Assembly: GCA_017499595.2 (NCBI GenBank)
Contig: CM039005.1
Coordinates: forward strand, 3,224,001 to 3,288,000
Direction: 5' to 3'
DNA: 64,000 nt
Source: Psilocybe cubensis
Lineage: Eukaryota
Part shown: piece after piece, positions 50,901-61,100 of the stretch
Numbering within the stretch: the stretch's first letter is position 1
Layout of the letters: each line of letters opens with the position of its first letter
Program-made: the position numbers and the translations under genes
The notes under the pieces: model-generated
Seen by the model: only the letters and a program-made list of their open reading frames with translations
What the model was told of the DNA's origin: nothing
Databases searched by the model: none

Positions 50901-52161
50901 ATTCACCATCGGCAAGTTCACCAGCAAAGGCGTCAGCCCATTCCGCAGCAGAGACCGGCGTGAAGGGGCCCGGGCTGTCATCAAAGATGTCGTCTTCACG
51001 GAGCTGGGGTCCTTCGCGGCAAACATTCACGGTTTCGCCATCAGGGTGCGAAGTCGGCAGCACGTCAGCACCACAGGACGTGGGGCAGCGTGCAAAGCAG
51101 AGCTTGGCCTCTCGCCAGTCAACAAGCGGATTATGGAACCAGAGCCAGGAGTGCCCGAGGATGAGGGAAGATGATCCCGTGTTGGTGACTGAAAGGCGGA
51201 GTCGCTCAACATGGTTTTCAATGCGGATGACAAGGTAAACAACATCTGTGATAGCACCGTTGGCATTGCGAGTTCCGTCTGCATTGTAAACGCTAACGGG
51301 GTGGGGCAGCCGCTCAGTCACCCATCCATTGAGTTTGACAAAATCGGAGTGCACGTAACAACCAGTGGCACCGCTGTCTAAGAGCGCTTTCAGCGACACC
51401 AAAGAGGTCGAGCCTGGGGGTGCAGCCGACATTGGAATGTCAAGGCATTTACTCCCCATGCGGGAGATGTAGTCGCGGGGCTTCTTGAGCTGCTGGAGGA
51501 CTTTGGCGGCGTCGGTCCAGGGGAGATCGCAAAGAGCAGCAATCAGATCATCGTCAATGTCGTCCCAACGCTCCTTTGGGGCCCAGGATTTGAGCAGGCT
51601 CTCGGTTCGCCAAGGCGTGCTGCGTAATCGGCGCAAGTTGCACAGGACGGTGCGGACAGGTGTAGGGATTGAAGGCGGGCAGTCTGTGTGGTCAGCGACG
51701 GGCGGGCTGCAAAGTAGAGAGTCGCGTGGGGCCGGTGGTGGACTTGCATCGTGTGTCATAGAGACAGATGCATCATCGTGGGCGGAGGTTTGTTGAGCAG
51801 GCTTGGTTGGCGAATCTTCATCCGAATCATCAGAGGCATCTGGGGCTTGCAGCTCTGGTGGATCATCCTCAGGACAGGATAAAAAGAGGTCTGAATATGG
51901 AATGCAATCGGGTGCCATAGTTGGAGGTTGTGGGTGCGCGGGCAGGAGTGTTGGTGTCGGGTAGTCGGAGTTGGGTGATGTTGTTGAAGAAGAGGGCTTG
52001 TCAGGAGTCAATACAGAATTGGATAATGAAGGTTGAGGGGTCGCGTAAACAGGTAACACGGGCAGAGGTACGGATTTTGGAGACAATGCAACATGCAATT
52101 TGGGAGTAATTACAGGGTTGTTGTACAGAAGCGGCGAGGACGTACTACTCACTCGACGCAA
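47908..52161 (-). CDS. pol: Gypsy Pol (protease, RT, RNase H, integrase, degenerate chromodomain)
   Basis: LLDSGA, RPVQDYRRLN, YMDDILI, EADSSGYATGAVL, HDHQSVGHPG..CPTCQ, ISDRGSIF..QTERVNQ, GPF, and a C-terminal IASVLGHR..FLV..EEDASW. Confidence 0.95.
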   Translation of the reverse strand: MRRVSSTSSPLLYNNPVITPKLHVALSPKSVPLPVLPVYATPQPSLSNSVLTPDKPSSSTTSPNSDYPTPTLLPAHPQPPTMAPDCIPYSDLFLSCPEDDPPELQAPDASDDSDEDSPTKPAQQTSAHDDASVSMTHDASPPPAPRDSLLCSPPVADHTDCPPSIPTPVRTVLCNLRRLRSTPWRTESLLKSWAPKERWDDIDDDLIAALCDLPWTDAAKVLQQLKKPRDYISRMGSKCLDIPMSAAPPGSTSLVSLKALLDSGATGCYVHSDFVKLNGWVTERLPHPVSVYNADGTRNANGAITDVVYLVIRIENHVERLRLSVTNTGSSSLILGHSWLWFHNPLVDWREAKLCFARCPTSCGADVLPTSHPDGETVNVCREGPQLREDDIFDDSPGPFTPVSAAEWADAFAGELADGESMCAVDLNEFTSEQVHGSCDHRISHFLRTQREAASYPDRYLKEFAPVFSKEEFDELPPRRPWDHAINLKPDAKSFKAKPYRLSPAETSKVKEWIEEEKRTGRIRDSISPYAAPFFFIQKKDGSLRPVQDYRRLNDITIKNRYPLPLISDLMDKLKGAKVFTKLDVRWGFNNIRIREGDEHKAAFITEFGLFEPLVMFFGLTNSPATFQNMMNDLFKDLIAGGHVVIYMDDILIFTDDVQSHRHLVRNVLQILEDNKLYLRPEKCCFEQDRVEYLGVIVGHGKMSMDPKKVDAITSWPIPRCRKDVQQFLGFVNFYRRFIKNFSRIAAPLHALGGSAPWVWDNLSTSAFNELKSACASHPVLLLPRDGAPFRIEADSSGYATGAVLSQFVDNSWQPVAFASKALSPVERNYEIHDRELLSIMRSLDDWRRYLHGSDSPVEIHTDHKNLQYFMTAQKLNRRQARWSLQLAEFDFVLVHKPGPTMICADSLSRRPDYDKGVGDNENVTLLRPEHIRRTAECSIGDDPVLADIRTHQHQITEMWEKHKNLPGWSLHDGLLSWHNRIFVPNKGNLRQRILADCHDHQSVGHPGRMKTMELVLRDYWWPSLSKDAKRYVDGCPTCQSTKPLRMAPAGLLTPNEIPSSNWEIISCDLIVDLPKSRGFDSIFVVVDRLSKMVRIIPCKKSITSEGLARLFRDHVWKDFGLPRRIISDRGSIFLSNFTRALNDLLGISQNASTAFRPQTDGQTERVNQEIEQYLRIFVNNRQNDWVEWLACAEFAINNKIHSSTGFSPFFLNYGSNPRRTLQPARLSDDRVPKALEFASQMDSLAKESASALNLAADAMKRSYDTSHRAPPVFNVGDMVMLSASDIKSSRPSKKLDVKRHGPFPVTKRVGIQSYTLDLPASWSIHPTFHVSKLSRFIPAEFDSQTSPATPTPPPALPPPDIASVLGHRALRSGTQFLVLLDGCTEEDASWSSHSSFPNSEVLNNYIRLHNIPDAHL

Positions 52162-53333
52162 GAAACAAAATCCGAATCATCAAACAAGGCACTTTCGTCA
52201 ACATCAACGCATCGAATCTCATGCTTGTCGTCATCAGGCAAAGCATCAAAGCACTCGAGGACGGCCCGAGCTCGTTCCAGTTTTGCGCGTGATTTGCGTT
52301 GGAATTCGAGATCTTTGGGTTTGGGGCAGACTCGCATGAAGTGGCCAAATACGCCGCAGTTAAAGCAGGGCAGGGCGGCACGTCGATTCGGAGCAGCGGA
52401 GATGTTTGCAGGTAGAGTCGCGTTGGGGGCAGGAGCAGCGGGGCGGGGGTTGCTAGACTTTTGAACAGTGGAAGGGGTGGAGGTGAAAGAAGGGGGAGGA
52501 CGCCAGGTGGCGGTGGTGTTGACGACCGGAGTCACCGTGGCATCAGTCTCACGCAGTCTGTGAGCCATCAAGATTGCGGCACTCTTCCATTCCGCGAATG
52601 TGGGCATCTCACGGTGTGTTCGTCCAATCTCCTCCATAATACGCTTATCCAAGGCCATTTTGAAGCATTGGATCAACGCTTCGTCGTTAAACTTGGAGCG
52701 AAAGGCAAGGTTCTCGAAGATAATAATGAACTCTTGAGTGGGCGTGGAGTTCTGACGGATGCACATGATCTCGCGTGCCGCGCGTTGTTGCGAGAAATGG
52801 AACAGGAAGGAGTCTTTCACGCGCTCCTCAAAGTCGGACCAGTTGGTTAAGACGCATTGCCCAGACTCTAGCTCTTCAATGAGCTGGTTACGCCAGACAG
52901 CGGGCGTGCCGGTCTTGAAAGAACTGAGAGCGGTGCGTACTTTGGAATCAGTGGTTTTGTATGCTTCGGGGTCGGAGTGAAAAAAGTTACGCCATGAGGC
53001 CAGCAAGTCTTCGACAGTATCAGAGGAGCCGTCGAAGGCACCTGGAAAGGGCACCTTATAAGCGCGTGAATCACCAGAGCGGGCGGTAGAGGTAGTCGCA
53101 GAGGAGTGGGTAGAGGTTTGGAGTTGGGGTAACGCGAGGAATGATTTGAACATAGTTTCGGCTTGTATACGCGACAGTTCGAGAATATCTTTCATAGTTT
53201 CTTTATTGGATTCCTGGCTAGCCTTAATGAGAGCGATAATGGCAGGGTCAATTCGGGACACAGTGTCGTCATCACTACCGTCACGACCACGACGGGGGGA
53301 GACCGAACGACCTTTACTTTTTCCGGGAGGCAT
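52149..53333 (-). CDS. gag: Gypsy Gag with one CCHC zinc knuckle
   Basis: PGAFDGS..W..F..IRQ..F..L capsid-like pattern and CFNCGVFGHFMRVC. Confidence 0.92.
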   Translation of the reverse strand: MPPGKSKGRSVSPRRGRDGSDDDTVSRIDPAIIALIKASQESNKETMKDILELSRIQAETMFKSFLALPQLQTSTHSSATTSTARSGDSRAYKVPFPGAFDGSSDTVEDLLASWRNFFHSDPEAYKTTDSKVRTALSSFKTGTPAVWRNQLIEELESGQCVLTNWSDFEERVKDSFLFHFSQQRAAREIMCIRQNSTPTQEFIIIFENLAFRSKFNDEALIQCFKMALDKRIMEEIGRTHREMPTFAEWKSAAILMAHRLRETDATVTPVVNTTATWRPPPSFTSTPSTVQKSSNPRPAAPAPNATLPANISAAPNRRAALPCFNCGVFGHFMRVCPKPKDLEFQRKSRAKLERARAVLECFDALPDDDKHEIRCVDVDESALFDDSDFVSCVE

Positions 53334-53976
53334 GAGTGCAAACGATAAGCGAGAAGCGAATTAAAAAAAGGAAAGAGAAAAAAACAGAGAGGGTGGGTGT
53401 ATGCGCCAAAAGGGTGAATATATGCGCTTCTAATCGGAGGGTTCAAGGTCAGGTAAGCTGTCTGGGGTAGAGGACCTGGAGAAGAGAGGAGAGCTGAGAA
53501 TATCGTCAAGGCGGGCGTGAAGTCCAGACAAAATAGCAGGGCTAAGAGAGGTGGTAAAAGCCAGATTATCAATGCGGCGAGACAGAGTAGCCAGACAATC
53601 TTGTAGGTCGCGAACGCGATCAGCCTGGTCGTGTAGGTAACGCAACTGTCTTTCAGCGGAAGCGAGAAGGTCTCTGGTATGTGAGATTGACCGTTGACAG
53701 TCTATAACAGCAGCAGTAAGTCGCCGAAGGGTATCAAAAGATGCACCCTGGTTGGAAGCAATACGCAGGGTTTCTTCGTGCAACAAGAGGTCTCTTTGCA
53801 AAAAAAATAATTGCCAAGAGTAGCGGTCACAAGTGTCGGTACAGGCTTCGATATCCTGCTGGATGGGCAGGATCGAAGGGGAACGAGGTAGTCCAGGCAG
53901 TTTGGGAAACGGTGGTATTGAAATGCCAAAAGGCGATGAGAGAGGATGTTTTGAATGTGTTAGAGTTCCTTCTTGA

Positions 53977-54149
53977 TGTTAGGAGGAGACCCGGAGACGA
54001 GGCGGGAGAGAGAGACGAAGGACCAGAACGTGTTGGGTGTGCTAACAAAGAAGGAACTGAGGCTACGTAGCTACGGGTGTGTCTACAAATACTGTGTGAT
54101 ATGTGACTACAGGCACGTGTGTGTGTCTACGTTAGAGGGAACTCTAACA
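53977..54149 (-). repeat. 5' LTR (173 bp)
   Basis: Identical by eye to 47724-47896. Confidence 0.95.
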
Positions 54150-54482
54150 TGTACAGCGTGTAGGTGCCGCATATAATGGACAGCTCGTTCTCCGTGAGCT
54201 GGTCGTCGCAATAACACCAAGTCGTGTCGCCAGCTGGCACGATGAACCCCTGCCGGTTCTGAATGATTTCCTTAGAGGGGCCAGCCAGCCCATCGTCGAC
54301 GCTCAGAAACTCACTGGCTATCCTACCCACCAATCCACCCCTCAGCAAGGCAGCCCGACCGTGTTGTTGGTGTTTGATGATGTTCTCGCATTGCAATCGG
54401 TATGCTTCGAAGTCATCAACGCCAAATTTGTACGCTGACGGGCGGACAGATCGAGGGGTGTATGGCTCCTGGACAGTGGAGC

Positions 54483-54521
54483 AGGGTTTAGGGTTTAGGG
54501 TTTAGGGTTTAGGGTTTAGGG
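54483..54521 (+). repeat. Interstitial telomeric tract (TTTAGGG)5
   Basis: Same junction as 30522. Confidence 0.92.
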
Positions 54522-55171
54522 GGGGAGCGAGCACCGAGCGAAGCGAGGTGCGAGCGACTATTTAAACTGTGAGTTAAAATGAAAGAAGGCCAGAGGGCTG
54601 TTGGGGGATCCCAACAACCAGCCCTTTCGTCTTTATAGACTCTTCAGTGGCTATTCTTAGAAGGAATGTTCTAGACATCCGATGACAGCGCGTGAAGTGA
54701 TGCTGCGCAGCTGTCATGTATCTTACCGACTATCACAAATCTGTCAATGTTTATTGTCAAGTTAGACAGGTCTCTGATGAACAGAGTGTCACGGGTCGAT
54801 GTGGCACATGGTAACCTGTCAAAAGTGGATCCAACACTTTTGTTCTTTGACATCGTGGGTTATTGACTGTGATGTGAATCACATGGATATAGATTACTCT
54901 GGTTACGTGGCTCCGAGTAACCGCGACATGGGAATATTCACATGTCTAGAGTATAAATAGCTTACCTGGGTCCTTACCTAACAATCAAACAATAGAATGA
55001 TTGATTGTTGTGAATCTTAATTGGACAGTTCATGATCCGGTCCATCAAAAATGTTTCCACGGTACTAAGGAACTTTTCCCGAAGTACTAAGTAACTTTTC
55101 CCATGTACTAAATTAGATCCGGCCCTTCACAATCACATGCCGTTCGGAAGTTCACACGCCTACCTTACTTC
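54522..55171 (-). mobile_element. Penelope-like element copy 3, non-coding 3' 650 bp only
   Basis: Matches 30561-31210, then switches to the unit terminus. Confidence 0.88.
54589..54652 (-). ncRNA. Type I hammerhead ribozyme (copy 3)
   Basis: Identical to 30628-30691. Confidence 0.88.
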
Positions 55172-58100
55172 CTAAGCTTATTCCCCCCCAAAGGGGGGGC
55201 CTTCGTTGCATTGGTCCTCCTGTTCAGAATTCCGAAAATCTGATGCCAGATTCGGATTCCTCGACCCCGAAAACCCCCAAATCCACTTTCAAAATATTTT
55301 ATTTTGTACATACGGAGGTGCTACGTAATTAAATGTGTAATTTACGGAGGCCGGCCTCCATCTAAAAATAACTTTTGACAGGCACTGGAGGCCGGCCTCC
55401 GTCTAAAAATAAATTTTTGACAGGCACTGGAGGCCGGCCTCCCGCCTGTCTCCTGATGCCAGCGCTCGCTGTCCCAATGCCAGCGCTTGCCGTCCCGACA
55501 CTTGCGCTCGCTGTCCCGACGCCTTTGCTCGCCGCTGCGTGTTATTGCGCCACCACCCCCGGGCCGCTTCTGCCGCCGCGGCCTCCACTGGACGCCTGTC
55601 GTTCAGCTGTCACCGCCTGTCGTTCAGCCGTCACCGCGTGTCATCCCGCCGTCACCGCGTGTCAACCCGCCGTCGCCGCCTGTTGTCCCGCCGTCACCGC
55701 GTGTCGTCCCGCCGTCACCGCGTGTCGTCCCGCCGTCGCGTCTAATCGCCGCCCACCACGACACGCACTCTGCTGCGTGTCGTTGCACCGCCACCCTCGG
55801 GCCGTTTCTGCCGCCGCGGCCTCCACTCGTCGCCTGTTGCTGCCGCCGTGCCGCCTCCACTCGCCACCTGTCGTCCTGCCGCCGCCTCCACGCGCCGCCC
55901 ACAACGACACGCACTCTGCTGCGTGTCGTTGCACCGCCACCCCCACGTAGCCGCACTCGCTGCCGCCACCGCCGCCGACACTCGACCCCCAGAGTCGCGT
56001 TGTTTGTCCTTGCTGTTGCCAAGGAAATTCAAACTCCGCAACGTTCACAAACAGTATAGCAAATCCGTTCCCCGACATCACACTTCCCCTTTAGCCGTCT
56101 CCACCCAGCTCCACCTCAAATACGACGATTCAAACGGAAGGGAAAAGAAGCTCAAAACGCTTAAGGAGTGTGGGGTACTTGGTGGATAGCGAATCAGGAT
56201 CAATTGGGGAGGGGACGATGGATTGAGATGTCCAGTGAGTGCTCTAATTTTCTCTCCACCGTTCTCTCATGGAAACACATGAACCACGACCACACTCTCC
56301 CCTCCCTCTTCCATTGCTTGCACCCAGCACCATCACGTTCCCACCCTTCACAGGCCCACGCAAACATGTTGTCTGACACCTTGGGCTTGGTGCGGATGGT
56401 GGTGGCCAGCGCAATAACGAGAAAGAGAGGTTCAGGCGCCGGGAAATGGTCAAAATCGCCTGTTGGCGAGCTCTTCGCGTCATCCTCTTTGCCACAACAT
56501 GGAATCTGGCCTCCAGCTCCGTCCTCCACGTCATCTATATCGCGCAAGCAGACGGAGGAGAGTATAAGTGTGGCGGATATGGACACGCATAGGCAGCGTG
56601 AGGCGCAGTGGATGGGGATCCTGGCCTCGTCGTTGACTCTGTCGTTCGAAGCGCTGCCTCCGTCTGGGTCTGGTGCATCGCTTTCGTCATCTACGTCTTC
56701 GTCTGTGCTTGGGGTCTGCAACATCATTCAACCCTCCGTCTCTCATCGCATCTTCATCATCATCATCTTCTATCCGCCACCGGCGGTGCATCCTCGAATG
56801 CAAATGCGGATGCGGCACTGAGGCGGTCGAAGAAAGTGAGGAGGTTGTTGTTGGACGGTGTGCCTTCGTCGGTGCGGTACCTCGTCTGGTCGTTTTTGAC
56901 GGATGGGAAAGGGAGGTGTGTGCCGGGTGTGTATAGGCAGCTGTGTGCGCGGGGATGGGGTGGCGGGGCCCGCGCGGGTGAGAGGGGGGTTGAGAAGGAG
57001 AGGGTGAGAGAGGAGACGGAGAGGGATGTGAGAGATGTTGTCAGGGTTTTGATTGGGGATGGTGGGGATTCCGATAGAGGTGTTGGTGTTGGTAAGGATG
57101 GGGATGGGGAGGGTGATGGTGAAGATGGGGAGAGAAGAAGGGTTGAGAAGGAGAGGAGAGAGAGAGAGCGCAAGGCGCTTAGTTTGTTGCAGGCGTATTT
57201 GAACATGGTCCCTGATGTTGTATATGAGCGCGGTAAGTTTCTCCTTCCTTCCTTACTTTGTTTTTTTGATTGTGGATTGATAATTGTTGGGCGAAATGAC
57301 AGGTCTGACGGAGATCGTTGCGCACCTCCTACTACTCGCACCGGAGGAAGACGCGTTTTGGATCTTTGTGTCGGTTTTGGATGCGCATCTTCGGCCGTAT
57401 TTTGCGACGGGGCGGGTTGTGCTGTCTCCTGTGTCATCGTCTGGTTCTTCACCTTCGTTGGCGTCTCATACCGCAGCTTCAGGGGCAGAGACGACGACGA
57501 CGCAGATGGAGGTTGACGCGGGGTTGCTTGTTAAGGCGCTCGAAGCGAACAGGGGTTCTGTTTTCGGGTCGTTTTGCAGGGTCCGATTTGGGATCTGCAA
57601 TCTTCCTCCTCCGCTAAGCGAGATATTGGTGTATTTCTGTACACTGTATACCCCCTGTCGTCGTGCAGTGTGCTAATGAAATATAATTTCATTGTATTTG
57701 CTAAAGATCAGTTCACGATAGACATGAAAAGACGAGTTTCGTGATAAACACTTTTGTTATCGATTCTGAAATCCAGGCAGCACAGAAAAGAAAAGTAATC
57801 GAAGGTTTACTCTCAGTGCAACTACACTCACAAAAATCAGAAGAGTAGATGCAAACTGCACCCACAGAATAGGAGACGAGCACAAAACAGCTACACCCAT
57901 TGCAAAGCAGTCCAGTATTCACGGCAAACTCGCCAAACCGCCTCTACGTGAACTCTCGAGCTCTAGCTTCAAAAATTTGCGTCTCAATTTTGGTACAGTC
58001 CTCAATTTTACGTTGCTTAATTAAGCTAACAAAATACGAAGCACCGAATTCCAGACGTTTTAAACTGCATTTCGGACGGAAGATGCAGATGGGGAGTTGT

Positions 58101-61100
58101 TGCATCGCAATGCAATATATCCTGCCGTTTGTGAAATGTAAATGTGCATTTGCTACTTGGTGAGTTGCACTCCTCGATCTTTCTATTGTCGGGTCTTGGA
58201 GCTGACATATACTACACTACTGTACTCTTCTAGGTGTTGTATTCGTACGTATTCTGTGTTCTAGTGTTCGTGTCGATTTGCGCATCCATCAGGATATTCC
58301 CTTTCAAACCCATCATCATGACCTCTTGCTCCCCAACCCATGCCTACTCTTCCTCAAACGCACCACTCAATCTTCACCCCACAGCCAGTAGAATCCATAC
58401 GTGTGTACATCGCCACGCATCCAATCTTCGTATAGATAATTGCGGGTGACAGTCACTTTAACAAGCAAAATGACATGGGATTATGCGAGTCGGCCTGCCT
58501 ATGCACAATTCCTGTGGGGGTGCATGTCAGCGATGTTGAGCATCGCATGTCCAAGTCCTCAACCCTCTTCTAAACGGTTCTGGAATCTTCTCAGGAAGGG
58601 AGGTGATTGAGTAAGTACAAGTTACATTTTTTAAAGGGTCCTGGAATGACGTCTAGATAGATGGCTGGATTGGATTGGACAAGGGTGATGGTAGTGACCA
58701 CAACAGAGAACAGGGTAGAAAGGACGAACATTTGGGAATGGTGGTGACTAACCGTAGGCCGTTATTTGAGCTTATATTCACGGATGTCAGTTCTAGTCTG
58801 GATGCTGGATTGATTTGTCAACAACACATTTTCTGTACCTAATGCAGCTAATATCAAGCATCTTCCTGACTGCCAATTTATCAGACATTTTCACAAGCTA
58901 TGTTTGTTGGCCTCGTCTTCACCTTGTGAACAAACACGTACTTCCCGTCGATTCCGAAGAGCGTAGACGTCGATAAAATCCTCTGCTTCCTGCTCAAGCT
59001 GGCGTTCGTGTTCACCCTCACCCTCTTCTTGTGCTCAGCGGGTTAGGTGGGTTAGCTTGTGTTGCTTACCCATACACTGTCTTCACCTCCGACAGTCTTC
59101 ACGTCAACGCCCCCTCCTCATCAACCTACAGTTGCTGCAAAACAACAAGGACACCGTCAGCGACCTTTTTTTCGTATGACGAATCTCTCAGCATCCCTCA
59201 TCAGCACCTCACGTCGCATCCATGTACGCTGTCAGTAGCCGTCGCTCACCTTTTTGGATCAACGTGAGATGGGAATGCAAGTCTTGAGTGTTACATCGCG
59301 TCTGGTGTGTCTCTCAGTATGTCCAAGCGTCATCAGCGGCTCACTCACCGTGCATTCTCCAGCTACACTCGCATCGACGGGCCTGTGTTGTGTGCTGTCA
59401 GTACCCATCCTTGAGCAGAAACACCCAGCTCACCTTTTTGGATCAACACACCGGCCGTTACATGAGATGGGAATGCAAGTACAGGGGACAACTTGGTTCT
59501 AAGAAAAGAAGGCGGTGAGTACAGTTACACACATTGTTTGCATGCTTGGCCTCACTCACCGTGCATTCTCCAGCTACTCGCATAGACAGGACTGTGGTGT
59601 GCGCTGTCAGTAAAGTATGCGCTCCGTCTGTATAGTTGCATTCAATGCACGTATTCACAGTCAATACTTATTCAAGTATTTAGTGTCATCTATCTACTAT
59701 CCATATTCACATTCACGAACCGGCCAACTATGAACTCTACTCACCGCATCGCAATCTCTCAAGCACATTCCAAAACACCTACGCACACAATTACGCAAAC
59801 TCGACTCGAGGAATAATTACACTTACCACACGGCAAACTCGTTCACGTACATAGGACCCTCTCATTCGTCTTCGTTCAACCGTATCCATCTTTTGAACAA
59901 CAGTGCAAATATCTGCCGTTATTCTATTTAGAGGCTAGACTAGAACACGGGACCGGAACAGAAACTTGGGAAATGCGATTGGAATTGAATGGAGTCAAGT
60001 TTTGGGCAAGGAAGAGCAAGTCCGGATGAGATAGGAGTTGTTTGGATGGCTCGGAAGGTTGTGCTGGGTAGACAAGTCTAAAAAATAAGTGTCCAATGAA
60101 TATGAGTATGATACTACTCTCAAAAACCTGTTTCACAGCATTCAAGTGTTTCTTTTAATATTGTGCTTGATTACAGGCACTTATTCATATGCAAAGTTGA
60201 CTCGAACATTCAAGGTTGTTTCCTCAAACATTACTCGATTACTGGGCATCGTACAGGGACTACAAAACACCCGCAAATGATGTATTCCAGGGACAGACGT
60301 CAATTTGAGAGTGAGGACTAATTCATCACCATACAATTATAACAACACAATGTAACGCCAACACCACAAAGCACATATTAGCCTTGGTTAGGGTTAGGGA
60401 TTAGGGTTGGTGATGACCACAAAAATACAGATTAGGATGGTTTAGGGTTTAGGTTTTAGGGTTGGTTGGGATTTGATAATACCATAAAAGCACAGATTAG
60501 GCTGGTTAGGGTTGGTTAGGGTTGGTAAATACAAATATATGTAGCAGGTTAGGGTTGGTGTGTACTATGTACCAATGTATCCACAATTTTTGACATGTCC
60601 GACTTTCCTCAACACCGCAAAACTTAATTTTCACATTCAATCAAGTACTATAAATACTATTCTATCTATTCAGTGCTTCAAACTTACCACAGAATGTTGC
60701 AGACAATGAAAATGTGGGATATACGCAATTTGAAGACCCGGCACAAATATTTCAAAAGTATCGCCATTTCCTCATCACAACGCACTGCCACCTCTTCAAC
60801 TACGCATTCCATTATCTTCAAACGCACCTAAACACAATACTTTGCCGCAATGATGCTGTGAGCCGAAGGAAAATTAGCACCACATACATCTCCTCCTCCC
60901 CCAAGTCACGAAATTACGCAATTTCAAACATTTGCTGCATCTAACTGACATTTAAACATTGCATAAATGAGACGGGTACCTCCGAAGGCAAGATGTAAAG
61001 AAGCTGGATGCAAGTCAATCGAAGTTGAACATGTATAAAAACATTACATTCCGTTTAGACGCACCTGGGCACAAAACGAGGAAATCTGGGTCTGCCATGA

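Larger units (their letters stand above)
47724..54149 (-). mobile_element. Full-length Ty3/Gypsy LTR retrotransposon (chromovirus-like), 6426 bp
   Basis: TGTTAG..CTAACA LTRs, 5-bp TSD TGTAC (47719-47723 and 54150-54154), PPT next to 47897, gag then PR-RT-RH-IN order. The empty site is at about 30189 in unit 1. Confidence 0.97.
34827..55171. repeat. Tandem array unit 2 (20,345 bp, including the Gypsy insertion and a 0.65-kb Penelope-like stub)
   Basis: Matches unit 1 except for a 42-bp minisatellite contraction, the 6431-bp insertion plus TSD, and a shorter terminal element. Confidence 0.95.
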
